Of a DNA stretch of 64,000 bases, positions 30,158 through 39,078 are shown piece after piece. The stretch's first letter is position 1. The number at the start of each line of letters is the position of its first letter. This DNA is from Thermoplasmata archaeon. Its GTDB lineage: Archaea > Thermoplasmatota > Thermoplasmata > Lutacidiplasmatales > UBA184. The notes beneath the pieces were generated by a model. The model did no database searches. It was given only the letters and a program-made list of their open reading frames with translations, and had not been told where the DNA came from. Location of the stretch: contig JAKACD010000001.1 of the NCBI GenBank assembly GCA_021821785.1, positions 39,964-103,963 on the forward strand, given 5' to 3'. The position numbers and the translations under genes were made by a program.

Positions 30158-30479
30158 TTCGCTCGGTGCCGCCCCCGTCCTACGAGACCGGACAGCGGCG
30201 GTGGATAAGTCCCTGCCGCCCTCCCCTCTCTCGAGATACTCCGGTTAGGTGACCGGTCCTGGCCGGTGCGGCGGGTGCGAGACAGAGGGCTCATGATATC
30301 GGGTCTCGCCTCGTCGGAGCGACCGCGAGTGCGAGCGCGATCTTGCCCGTTTAGCGAGCTACGTCGAGAGTACCCTCCGCCCCACCTCGGGGCGGGGGCC
30401 CGGCCAGTATCGGGCCGAGCTCGGGCGCACTCTCGGGGAGCCGAGAGGTTATGGCGCTCTCGGTCGTCCGAGCGTTCTC
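30158..30479. promoter_or_regulatory. 322-bp GC-rich structured intergenic/leader region upstream of thrC (several perfect hairpins); a possible cis-regulatory RNA or small ncRNA
   Basis: Hairpins are CCGCCCC-acctc-GGGGCGG (30377-30398), CTCGG-ggag-CCGAG (about 30431-30445) and CTCGG-tcgt-CCGAG (about 30457-30471), immediately before the thrC GTG. Confidence 0.3.
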
Positions 30480-31688
30480 GTGAGCGAGACCGGTTCTTTG
30501 CTGGTCGGCCTGGTCTGCCCGGCGTGCGGCACGGCCGTGGACCATCGCCAGCCGGTCGGTACCTGCCCGTCCTGCGGCGGCACGCTGTTCGCGGAGTATG
30601 ACCTGGACCGGCTCGACGGGAGGACCTGGCTGCGATCGCTCCGCGACCGCCCGGCAAGACTCTGGCGATACCGAGAGCTCCTGCCGGTCGGCCGGGCGGA
30701 CGCGATCGTCTCGCTGGGGGAGGGCGGTTCGCCGATCTTCCCACTCGGCGCCATACCCGAGGCACCCGACCTCACGGTCGTAGTGAAGGACGATGGCGGG
30801 CTACCTACGGGGTCGTTCAAAGCCCGGGGCATGACCGCCGCGGTCTCGCGAGCGAAGGAGCTCGGGCTGCGAGAGCTCTACGTGCCGAGCGCCGGGAACG
30901 CCGGGGTCGCGCTGGCCGCGTATGGTGCCCGGGCGGGGATGCGAGTACGGATCTACCTCCCCGAGCGCACCCCGGCGCCTCAGCGCAACGCCTGTTCCTC
31001 GTACGGCGCCGAGGTGCGGTCAGTTCCGGGCACCATCCGCGAGGCGGGGGAGACCGCCCGCACGACCGAAAAGGGCCGGGGCTCCTTCGATGTCTCGACG
31101 CTCCGCGAGCCGTTCCGGGTCGAGGGCAAGAAGACGATGGGCCTCGAGATCTTCGAGGCGGGCGGGAACGACGGCCTCCCGGACGCGATCCTCTACCCCG
31201 CCGGGGGAGGCACCGGTCTCATCGGCATGGAAAAGGCGTTCTCCGAGCTCGCGCGGATCGGTCTTCTGCACCGGATCCCCCGGCTCTACGCGGTCCAGCC
31301 GGACGGCTGCGCGCCGGTCGTGCGCGCGCTCGCGGAGGGAGCGGAGCGGGTCACGCCGTGGGCCGACCCGCATACCGTAGCGCCCGGATTGCTGGTGCCT
31401 TCGCCGTTCGCATCGGAGCGGATCCTCGCCGCGGTGCGCTCGACCAAGGGCGGCGGGGTCACGGTCACCGATGGCGAGATCGTCCACGCGATGCGGCAGC
31501 TCGCCGAGCGGCATGGGGTCTCGGCATCACCGGAGGCCGCCGCGCCGTACGCGGCCCTTGCCCGGCTTAGGGCGCGAGGGGATCTCCGACCGGGCGAGAC
31601 CGTACTCCTCTACCTCACGGGCACCGGGCTTCCGTTCTCGATCGAGGAGCTCGAGCGCGCGGTCGGGGTCACGGCCCCTCCCCGCTGA
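30480..31688 (+). CDS. thrC: threonine synthase with N-terminal zinc-ribbon
   Basis: GTG start. CPACGTAVDHRQPVGTCPSCGG is a zinc ribbon. The PLP-fold motifs are GSFKARG (lysine) and PSAGNAGVALAAY. Confidence 0.88.
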   Translation: MSETGSLLVGLVCPACGTAVDHRQPVGTCPSCGGTLFAEYDLDRLDGRTWLRSLRDRPARLWRYRELLPVGRADAIVSLGEGGSPIFPLGAIPEAPDLTVVVKDDGGLPTGSFKARGMTAAVSRAKELGLRELYVPSAGNAGVALAAYGARAGMRVRIYLPERTPAPQRNACSSYGAEVRSVPGTIREAGETARTTEKGRGSFDVSTLREPFRVEGKKTMGLEIFEAGGNDGLPDAILYPAGGGTGLIGMEKAFSELARIGLLHRIPRLYAVQPDGCAPVVRALAEGAERVTPWADPHTVAPGLLVPSPFASERILAAVRSTKGGGVTVTDGEIVHAMRQLAERHGVSASPEAAAPYAALARLRARGDLRPGETVLLYLTGTGLPFSIEELERAVGVTAPPR

Positions 31689-32163
31689 GACGCTCCGCGC
31701 CGCCCCTTGCGTTGGCCCCGGAACCACGGTCGTGCCCCGCGGCGGAAGGGCGCGACGTCCGCAGAAACCCGCGCGTCTTCGCCCGATGGCAGGGTCGGCA
31801 GACCGTCTGAAGGTTCGAGTACTCGAGGGCCGCCCCCCCGAGCGCGATCTCGACGATGTGGTCGACATCGAGCTCCCGCGCGCGCCGCCGCTGTCCGCAG
31901 AGGCGGCAGGTGTACCGATCCCGGAGCATGACGTAGGACCGGGCCGAGTCCCAGAAGTAGTGGCCGTGGAACCTCCACTGACATCGTCGGGAGCAGTACG
32001 GGGTGCGGTGGCTGGGCAGCCCCTTCCCGCATTCCACGCACCGGGCCTCCCGGCGCGCCTCGGCTCGCCGGCGCGCCCCATCCGAGAACCAGGCGGCCGA
32101 CAGGGCGAGGATCCGACCGCCGGGTCCGATCTGGACCGAAGCCGACGCGGGACGGCGCGCCAT
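31669..32163 (-). CDS. HNH endonuclease domain protein
   Basis: CVECGKGL...CSRRC...CRLCGQ...DVDHIVEIALGGAALEYSNLQTVCRPCHRAKT is an HNH motif with zinc-ligand cysteines. Its 3' end overlaps the thrC end by 20 nt. Confidence 0.7.
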   Translation of the reverse strand: MARRPASASVQIGPGGRILALSAAWFSDGARRRAEARREARCVECGKGLPSHRTPYCSRRCQWRFHGHYFWDSARSYVMLRDRYTCRLCGQRRRARELDVDHIVEIALGGAALEYSNLQTVCRPCHRAKTRGFLRTSRPSAAGHDRGSGANARGGAERLSGEGP

Positions 32164-32239
32164 CGCCCAGCCGTGGGGGGCTCGGGGCTCTTGAGCGTTC
32201 GGCTCGACCGGCGGCCTAAGTAGTCAGGCGGTTCCTCCG

Positions 32240-33568
32240 ATGGCCCGGAGGAGCAGCGCTACGAACGTCCTGGCGGCCGGCCTGCTCGGCATCCTCGTCG
32301 GCGCGGTGATGGTCCGACAGATCTCTGGCCGGGGCCCGGCGGTCTGGGTGATCTTCCTGGCCGGCGCCTTCCTGATGGTGGTCCTCGAGATCCTGTCCGT
32401 TTCGGCGGCGGAGTCCGCGCTGGCGGGCGCCGCCCCCGTGATCTTGTTCCTGTTCTCGCTGTTCCTCTTCGCGGTCGCCCTCGAGCAGGCGGGGGTCCTC
32501 GACCATCTGGCACGCTGGTTGATCGGCCGCGCGCGACGGCCGGGTGACCTGCCGCTCGTCCTGTTCCTTGGGTTCGGTGTCGCGTCCGCGTTCCTGGTCA
32601 ACGACGCACTGGTCGTGATCGGCGTCCCCCTCCTCATTTCGCTCGCCCGCCGGCTCCGCACCGACCCGAAGCCGTTGCTGCTCACCCTCGCCTTCGCCGT
32701 GACGGTCGGCAGCGCCCTCACGCCGTTCGGCAATCCGCAGAATCTCCTGATCTCCGTCGCGAGCGGACTCACCTACCCGGTAGCGGTGTTCCTCCGCTAC
32801 CTGCTCCTCCCGATCGGGATCAGTCTCGGCTTCGGCGCCTGGTACGTTCGGCGGGCCTTCGGGCCGGCCGTCTCCTCGGGCGATGGCGAGTTCGAACGCG
32901 TCCGGGCGACCGCGCCCCGGCTCTTCCCTTCCGGGGGATGGCCCGAGCGGCTCCTGCGCGCCCCGGTGCTGTGGGTCTTCCCCGGCACGATGATCGTGAT
33001 CCTCACGCTCGACCTCGCGGCCGCGCTGACCGCGGGCCCGGTCGTACCGATCTGGGAGCTCGCGGGCGCGGGGGCGATCGTCCTCCTGGTCGTGACCCCG
33101 CACCGCACGCAGGTCGTCGAGCGGGTCAACTGGACGGTCCTCTTGCTGTTCGCGGGTCTCTTCGTGGTGGTGGGCGGGGCGGTCTCGGGGGGCGTCGTGC
33201 AGGCCGCGGAGCGACTGCTCCCACTTCCTACGCCGTCTCACCCGGCCTCGGCGATCGTGGCGATCGTGAGCGGGGCAATCCTGGGACCCCAGGTCGTGAG
33301 CAATGTCCCGTGGGTCGCCCTCCAGATCCCGTTCCTTTCCGCGCTCGGGTTCGGTGCCACGACGCCCGTGCCCTGGGTCGCCCTCGCCGCGGTGAGCACC
33401 CTCGCCGGGAACGTAACGCTCCTGGGTGCCGCGAGCAACCTGATCGTCGCGGAGCTCGCCGAGAAGGAGCGGATCCCCTTCCGGCTCGGCCCCTTCGTGC
33501 GGTACGGGCTTCCCCTCGCGGCCGTTTCGATCCTGGTCGTTACGTTGAGCCTGCTTGTCGGGCTGTAG
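32240..33568 (+). CDS. ArsB/NhaD-superfamily anion permease
   Basis: 442 aa and polytopic. TPFGNPQNLLI is the signature of the ArsB/NhaD/CitMHS transporters. Confidence 0.75.
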   Translation: MARRSSATNVLAAGLLGILVGAVMVRQISGRGPAVWVIFLAGAFLMVVLEILSVSAAESALAGAAPVILFLFSLFLFAVALEQAGVLDHLARWLIGRARRPGDLPLVLFLGFGVASAFLVNDALVVIGVPLLISLARRLRTDPKPLLLTLAFAVTVGSALTPFGNPQNLLISVASGLTYPVAVFLRYLLLPIGISLGFGAWYVRRAFGPAVSSGDGEFERVRATAPRLFPSGGWPERLLRAPVLWVFPGTMIVILTLDLAAALTAGPVVPIWELAGAGAIVLLVVTPHRTQVVERVNWTVLLLFAGLFVVVGGAVSGGVVQAAERLLPLPTPSHPASAIVAIVSGAILGPQVVSNVPWVALQIPFLSALGFGATTPVPWVALAAVSTLAGNVTLLGAASNLIVAELAEKERIPFRLGPFVRYGLPLAAVSILVVTLSLLVGL

Positions 33569-34676
33569 GGAACGCGGGGATCGGCCGCAGCCGCCTTACG
33601 AGGCGGCGACTACCCCTACCGTGCCTTCCGAGCTCGCGGACTGGATCGATTCGCACCACGATTGCCGCCACAATCTCGGGACCAGCGGGATGCTCGGCTC
33701 GATCGAGCCGCCCCGGCCGACGGCCCGCGAGGTGCGCGCGGCGGACCCCGAGGAGCTGCGCCGCGAGCTGGCCGACGACCTGGGCGTGGACCGACGGCGG
33801 CTGTTCCTCACCCACGGCGCGACCGAGGGGAACGCCGCGGTGCTCCAGTTCATCGCGCGGCGGGCGGCCTCCGGCCGGGTGCGGGGCTGCCGGGTCGCCT
33901 GGCCGGAATATCCCGACCTCGCGGACCTCGCCGCATGGGCGGGGCTCCCTCCCACCGACCGGCCTTTTCCTGCCGCGGTGGCAGTACTCACTCAACCCCG
34001 GAATCCCGAAGGGGACCTGTGGACGCGCCCTCGGATCGCCGAGTGGGCCGAGGGGGCGCGGGAGCTGCTCATCGATGAGACGTTTCGGGAGTTCGCGGGG
34101 GTCCCCTCTCTCGCAGGGTTCCTTCCCGAACGGCTCTGGCTCACCGGTACCTTCACGAAGTTCTACGCCGGAGACGACCTTCGGGTCGGCTTCGTGATCG
34201 CTCCCGAGACAGCCCGGGAGGCGTTCGCCCGGTATCACAGCCTCGCGCTGGACCGGCTCCCGAGCTACTCCGTCGCCGGGGCCCGGGCCGCCTTCCACGA
34301 TCGTCCCCGCCTCCGTCGCGAGGTCGAGGGGATCCTGACGGCGAACCGAGCCGCCTGGCACCGTGCGTTCCCCCACGCGGCAGTGCCGAGGGGTCCCGTC
34401 GCCTTTGACCGCTCGGTGGTGCCGGACGGCACCGTGGTCGCCGACCGCTGCCTCCGGGCCTCCGTCCTGGTCTGCCCGGGGCCCCTGTTCGGAGATCCCC
34501 GGGGCGTGCGGATCGGCCTCACGCGTCGGTCGTTCCCGGCGGACCTCGCGGCCTATCTGGCCGCTCGGGAGCCGTCGCGGGGGATCACTCCGAGCCGCTC
34601 CAGCCTGCGCTCGCGAGACCGAACGGCTCGACGGCGCCGCGCGGCGATCGGCCGAGAGCGAGCCGGGCGAGCGTGA
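33555..34676 (+). CDS. class I/II PLP-dependent aminotransferase-like protein (HisC/CobD-like, short form)
   Basis: LFLTHGATEGNAAVLQF...VLTQPRNPEGD...GTFTKFYAGDDLRVGFVIAP (lysine in the TxxK motif). The start (TTG at 33555) and the C-terminal end are both uncertain. Confidence 0.55.
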   Translation: MSGCRERGDRPQPPYEAATTPTVPSELADWIDSHHDCRHNLGTSGMLGSIEPPRPTAREVRAADPEELRRELADDLGVDRRRLFLTHGATEGNAAVLQFIARRAASGRVRGCRVAWPEYPDLADLAAWAGLPPTDRPFPAAVAVLTQPRNPEGDLWTRPRIAEWAEGARELLIDETFREFAGVPSLAGFLPERLWLTGTFTKFYAGDDLRVGFVIAPETAREAFARYHSLALDRLPSYSVAGARAAFHDRPRLRREVEGILTANRAAWHRAFPHAAVPRGPVAFDRSVVPDGTVVADRCLRASVLVCPGPLFGDPRGVRIGLTRRSFPADLAAYLAAREPSRGITPSRSSLRSRDRTARRRRAAIGRERAGRA

Positions 34677-34881
34677 CGTGGGGGACGGATTCGACGCGCG
34701 GCTCAGCGGGGCGGCCGGATCGCTCGCGGAGGAACGTTTCCGCGAACCGCACAGCGCGCGCGGGGTTCGTCTCGTGGACGAGCAGGAACCCGCGGGCGAG
34801 CTCGGTGAGAACGGCCCGGGCCGGGACCACCTCCCGGAGCTCCTCCTCCGCCGAATCCGAAGAGTCCTCCGGGTCGTCCCG
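34585..34881 (-). CDS. hypothetical small protein (98 aa, acidic N-terminus)
   Basis: The ATG at 34881 is preceded on the minus strand by TTTTAT about 35 nt upstream. The gene overlaps the upstream aminotransferase tail. No recognisable domain. Confidence 0.25.
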   Translation of the reverse strand, partial: RDDPEDSSDSAEEELREVVPARAVLTELARGFLLVHETNPARAVRFAETFLRERSGRPAEPRVESVPHVTLARLALGRSPRGAVEPFGLASAGWSGSE

Positions 34882-35014
34882 CCGAGACATCTCGGTCGAA
34901 CGACCCGGGCGCTCGGCATAAAAGGAAACGTTGCACAGGACGGCGGCCGAAGGTATGGCCGGACCCACCGAGAAGATTTTACCTCCCTCGCGGCCATTCG
35001 GGGACGGTGACATT

Positions 35015-36409
35015 GCGATGAGCGAGTCCGCCCCCTCCCGTGTGCCCTCCACCTCCGAACCGACCCCCCGGGCGTCGAAGCGGGGGATCCTGCTCAGGAC
35101 GCCGGTGCCAGGCCCCAAGGCTCAGGCGATCGTCGCCGCCGACCAGAACGCCCTCATGACCAGCACCAAGACCTCCCCGATCGTCGCGGAGTCGGGGAGC
35201 GGGGTCTGGATCACGGACGTCGACGGCAACCGGCTCCTCGACTTCGCTTCCGGGGTCGGGGTGACCGCGGTCGGGTACTCCCATCCCGAGGTCGTACGCG
35301 CGGTGCGAGAGCAGGTCGGCCGGCTGAGCCACTTCGCCGGGACCGACTTCTACTATCCGAACCAGGTCCATCTGGCCGAGCGGCTCGCCCACCTCGCCCC
35401 CGGCGCGATGGCGAAGAAGGTCTTCTACACCAACAGCGGGACGGAGAGCGCCGAAGCGGCGCTCAAGATCGCCCGCTGGAACCGCCAGCGCCCGATCGTC
35501 GTCGGTCTCCTCGGCGCGTTCCACGGCCGGACGATGGGCTCGTTGTCCCTGACCGCGTCGAAACCGGTCCAGCGGGCCCGCTACGCTCCGTTCGTCGGCG
35601 GCGGGACCCACATCCCGGCGCCGTACTGCTATCGCTGCCCGTACCAGATGGAGTTCCCGAGCTGCGGTCTCTACTGCGCCAAGATCCTGAAGGAGCTCTA
35701 CTTCCAGACGGCGATCCCCCCGGACGACGTGGCGGCGTTCATCGCCGAGCCGGTGATGGGGGAGGGAGGGTACGTGGTGCCCCCGCCGGGCTGGCACAAG
35801 GCGATCAAATCGATCCTGGACGAGCATGGGATCCTGTTCATCGACGACGAGGTCCAGGCCGGCATGGGGCGGACGGGACGCTGGTTCGCGATCGAGCACC
35901 ACGGGGTCGTGCCGGACATCGTCACCCTTGCGAAGGCGTTGGGCGGCGGCATCCCCATGGGCGCGATGATCTTCCGCCGCGACCTCGACTACACGACCCA
36001 GGGGTCCCACTCGAACACCTTCGGCGGGAACCTGGTCGCCGTCGCGGCCTCGGAGGCGACGCTGGACGTCATCGAGAAGGACAAGCTCCTCGACAACGCG
36101 CGGGTGCAGGGCGACTATCTCGTGGGACGGCTCCGCGAGCTCCAGAGCCAGCATTCGGAGATCGGGGATGTGCGCGGCCTCGGCCTGATGGTCGCCACCG
36201 AGTTCGTCGTCGACCGGCGGACGAAGGAACCGGCCGTGAAGTTCCGCGACCGGGTCCTCGTCGAGGCGTACCACCGGGGGCTCATCCTGCTCCCGTGCGG
36301 CCGCTCGTCGATCCGCTACATCCCGCCGCTCATCGTGCATCGCGAGGAGATCGACGAGGCGGTCGAGGTCCTCGACGCCTCGATCCGGGCCGCGCGCGTC
36401 GGGGCATGA
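35015..36409 (+). CDS. class III aminotransferase (4-aminobutyrate/acetylornithine aminotransferase family)
   Basis: ...YTNSGTESAEAALKIAR...FIDDEVQAGMGRTGRWFA...TLAKALGGG (lysine in the PLP motif). The start at 35015 is preceded by GGTGA with 7-nt spacing. An alternative start is at 34931. Confidence 0.85.
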   Translation, partial: AMSESAPSRVPSTSEPTPRASKRGILLRTPVPGPKAQAIVAADQNALMTSTKTSPIVAESGSGVWITDVDGNRLLDFASGVGVTAVGYSHPEVVRAVREQVGRLSHFAGTDFYYPNQVHLAERLAHLAPGAMAKKVFYTNSGTESAEAALKIARWNRQRPIVVGLLGAFHGRTMGSLSLTASKPVQRARYAPFVGGGTHIPAPYCYRCPYQMEFPSCGLYCAKILKELYFQTAIPPDDVAAFIAEPVMGEGGYVVPPPGWHKAIKSILDEHGILFIDDEVQAGMGRTGRWFAIEHHGVVPDIVTLAKALGGGIPMGAMIFRRDLDYTTQGSHSNTFGGNLVAVAASEATLDVIEKDKLLDNARVQGDYLVGRLRELQSQHSEIGDVRGLGLMVATEFVVDRRTKEPAVKFRDRVLVEAYHRGLILLPCGRSSIRYIPPLIVHREEIDEAVEVLDASIRAARVGA

Positions 36410-37455
36410 AGTTCGGCCGCTTGGAAGGAGCGGGGCAGGTCGGCCTCGCGGAGGCCCCCGAACCTGCGCCGGGGCCGGGCGAGGTGACGGTCGCGCTCGC
36501 GGGGTGCGGCATCTGCGGGACCGACCTCGAGAAGCTGCGCGGCAACTACCAGAGCGCGGGCATCCTGGGCCACGAGCCGGCCGGCCGGATCGCGCGGGTC
36601 GGCGGGGGCGTCCGGGGACTCGCGGTCGGCGACCGGGTCTTCGTGCACCACCATGTCCCGTGCTACTCCTGCGAGGTCTGCGCGCGGGGGGACTACACCT
36701 TCTGCCCGACGTACTCGAAGACGAACATCGATCCCGGCGGGTTCGCCGAGACCTTCCGAGTGCCGAGGGAGAACGTCGACCGCGGCGCCGTGCTGCGGCT
36801 CGACCCTTCGGTCGATTGGGCGACCGCGACGCTCCTCGAGCCCGCGGCCTGCGCCCTGACGGCCATACACCGGGTCGGTCTTCCCCCGAACGCCCGAGTG
36901 GTCGTGCTCGGGCTCGGCCCGGTCGGGCTGCTCTACGCCCGCCTGCTGCGGACGCTCGGGGCGGCCTGGATCGGCGGGACCGAGATCTCCCCGCTCCGTC
37001 GTGCGGCCGCGGAGCGAGGGGGGATCGATCGGACGGTCGATCCCCGCACCGAGGGGGCGGTCGAGGCAGCGGTGGCGGACTCCACCGGCGGTCAGGGCGC
37101 CGACCTGGTCGTGGTGGCTACGGGTCACCCGAGCGTCGTCCGCTCCGCGACGGAGATCGTCCGGCGCGGCGGCACGGTGAACCTCTTCGGCCTGCCGGAG
37201 GCGGGGAGCCGCCTGGACGCCGACCTCCAGCGCCTGTACCTGCGTGGGATCCGCCTCATCCCGTCGTACGCCACGACGGAACCCGACATCGCGGAGGTGC
37301 ACCGCCTGGTCGCGACCGGGGCCCTCGCCCTTTCGGACCTCGTCACGCACCACTTCCCGATCGGGGAGATCGGGGCGGCGTTTGGCCTCGCCGCGCGGCC
37401 GGCGGAGGCGATCAAGGTCGTCGTCACGGGCCCGGCGTTCTCGCCCGGCCGGTAG
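36406..37455 (+). CDS. zinc-dependent alcohol dehydrogenase (MDR family, threonine/sorbitol dehydrogenase-like)
   Basis: GCGICGTDLEKLRGNY...GHEPAGRIARVG has catalytic zinc ligands. CYSCEVCARGDYTFC is the structural zinc site. GLGPVG is the Rossmann motif. ATGA overlaps the upstream gene. Confidence 0.85.
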   Translation: MKFGRLEGAGQVGLAEAPEPAPGPGEVTVALAGCGICGTDLEKLRGNYQSAGILGHEPAGRIARVGGGVRGLAVGDRVFVHHHVPCYSCEVCARGDYTFCPTYSKTNIDPGGFAETFRVPRENVDRGAVLRLDPSVDWATATLLEPAACALTAIHRVGLPPNARVVVLGLGPVGLLYARLLRTLGAAWIGGTEISPLRRAAAERGGIDRTVDPRTEGAVEAAVADSTGGQGADLVVVATGHPSVVRSATEIVRRGGTVNLFGLPEAGSRLDADLQRLYLRGIRLIPSYATTEPDIAEVHRLVATGALALSDLVTHHFPIGEIGAAFGLAARPAEAIKVVVTGPAFSPGR

Positions 37456-37477
37456 GGTCCGATCGACCGCGCCCGGC

Positions 37478-38452
37478 TCAGGCCTCGCCGTGCTCCCCCA
37501 GCACCTGGCCCGTGACCCGATGACCGGGATGCACGCGAGACCGAGGGCCGAGCAGGCTCCCGATCACGGTCGCGTCCCGATCGACCCGGGCCCCGTCCAT
37601 CAGGATGGAGTTCTCGACGTACGCGCCCGATTCGACGATCGCTCCCGGACCGACGGTCACGTACCGGCCGAACGAGGCGCCCCGAACCGTAGCGCCGGTC
37701 ATCACGGCCACGGGGCCCGAACCGAAGCAGCCGGTCGGCAGGGCCCCCTTCCCGCCCCGGCCCCCGTCGAACAAAAGCCGCTGCGATCGCAGCAGCCGTT
37801 CGGGGGTCCCGGCGTCGTCCCAGTACCCTGAGAGCCGGAGCCCGTACAGTCCGCGGTCGAGAAGTTGCGGGACGACCTCCTGCTCGAAGCTGACCGGCCG
37901 CCCCGGCGGGATGGCGTCCAGCACCTCCCTCCGGTAGACCGCCACGCCGGCGTTGATCCAGTGCGACGGGGCCCGCTCGGGCTCCGGCTTCTCCACGAAG
38001 CCGGTGATGCGGTCCGCTTCTCCGAGCGCCGCCACGCCGTACGGCCGGGTGTCCTCGACCTCGGCGAGGGTCATGACCCCGACGCCCCCGCGATCGGCCT
38101 GCCGACGGGCGAGGGCCGCCATGTCGATGTCGGCGATGACGTCCGAGTTGAGCAGGAAGAACGGGTCGGACATCCCGTCCGCGGCGTTCTTCATCCCCCC
38201 ACCGGTCCCGAGCGGCTGCGCCTCGGGGACCGTCCGCACCGGCCAGCGCAACGGATGCCCGCGGACGTAAGCGTCGACGATGTCGGACTTGTACCCCGTC
38301 GCGAGGACCACTTCCTCCACGTCCGGAGGGAGGAGGTCGAGGACGTGGTAGAGCATCGGCTTCCCGGCGATGGGGATGAGCTGCTTCGGAACAGTGTAGG
38401 TGACGGGGCGCAGTCGGGTACCGAACCCCCCGATGAGCACGAGCGCCTTCAT
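37478..38452 (-). CDS. sugar-1-phosphate nucleotidyltransferase with C-terminal left-handed beta-helix (mannose-1-P guanylyltransferase / glucose-1-P thymidylyltransferase-like)
   Basis: MKALVLIGGFGTRLRPVTYTVPKQLIPIAGKPM... is followed by hexapeptide repeats at the C-terminus. Confidence 0.8.
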   Translation of the reverse strand: MKALVLIGGFGTRLRPVTYTVPKQLIPIAGKPMLYHVLDLLPPDVEEVVLATGYKSDIVDAYVRGHPLRWPVRTVPEAQPLGTGGGMKNAADGMSDPFFLLNSDVIADIDMAALARRQADRGGVGVMTLAEVEDTRPYGVAALGEADRITGFVEKPEPERAPSHWINAGVAVYRREVLDAIPPGRPVSFEQEVVPQLLDRGLYGLRLSGYWDDAGTPERLLRSQRLLFDGGRGGKGALPTGCFGSGPVAVMTGATVRGASFGRYVTVGPGAIVESGAYVENSILMDGARVDRDATVIGSLLGPRSRVHPGHRVTGQVLGEHGEA

Positions 38453-38580
38453 TCGGTCGGGGGGAGCGTCGGCGCCCATATCTCGCCTTGGGCCGTTCGG
38501 AAACGGGGGTCCCGTGGCCGAGCACTCGAATGCTTCCTTTCGCCCCAACCTCTATCAACCTGCCGCGGCTCCTCAGGCCG

Positions 38581-39048
38581 ATGGCGCTCGCATCGATCCT
38601 GGTCGCGTTTGATGGTACGGCCCCTTCCATCGCCGCGCGAGATGCAGCGGTCGAGCTCGCGGGGCACACGGGGGCGAAGCTGACGCTCGTCTGCGTCATC
38701 CCGGTGATCGCGGCGGCGTACGGGATCGAGATGCCGCCCGGCGCGTCCGTCGCGGAGACGATCGAGGCGGCGCGCACCATGCTGGCGAAGGAGAAGCTCG
38801 AACTCGGCCACCGGGGCATCGCGCACGTGGAGACCGCCCTCCTCGAGGGCGACCCGGTCGATCGCATCGTCGAGTACGCCGAGAAGCACCCGGCCGACCT
38901 GTTGGTCGTCGGGTCCCGAGGGCTCTCCGAGGCCGGCCGGTTCTTCCTCGGCAGCGTCTCGGACGGGATCCTGCACCATGCGCGCTGTTCGGTGCTGGTC
39001 GTCAAGACCGGTGCCCCTCGTGAGCCGCACGGGTCGCGCGCCCTCTGA
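38581..39048 (+). CDS. universal stress protein (UspA family)
   Basis: MALASILVAFDGTAPS...LLVVGSRGLSEAGRFFLGSVSDGILHHARCSVLVVK has the ATP-binding G-rich motif. Confidence 0.8.
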   Translation: MALASILVAFDGTAPSIAARDAAVELAGHTGAKLTLVCVIPVIAAAYGIEMPPGASVAETIEAARTMLAKEKLELGHRGIAHVETALLEGDPVDRIVEYAEKHPADLLVVGSRGLSEAGRFFLGSVSDGILHHARCSVLVVKTGAPREPHGSRAL

Positions 39049-39078
39049 TCCCGCGCGGGAGGCCAGCGCTCTGTCCGG

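Noticed and set aside
30451-30483. Possible thr-type attenuator leader peptide (MALSVVRAFS)
   Set aside because: The peptide has no Thr/Ile codon run. Archaea are not known to use ribosome-mediated attenuation. The hairpins are noted under findings but a leader-peptide mechanism is not supported.
33555-34881. About 90-nt convergent overlap between the aminotransferase-like gene and the 98-aa minus-strand ORF
   Set aside because: The overlap probably reflects an over-extended C-terminus of one or both ORFs in GC-rich DNA rather than a genuine antisense arrangement. The small ORF is kept at low confidence only.
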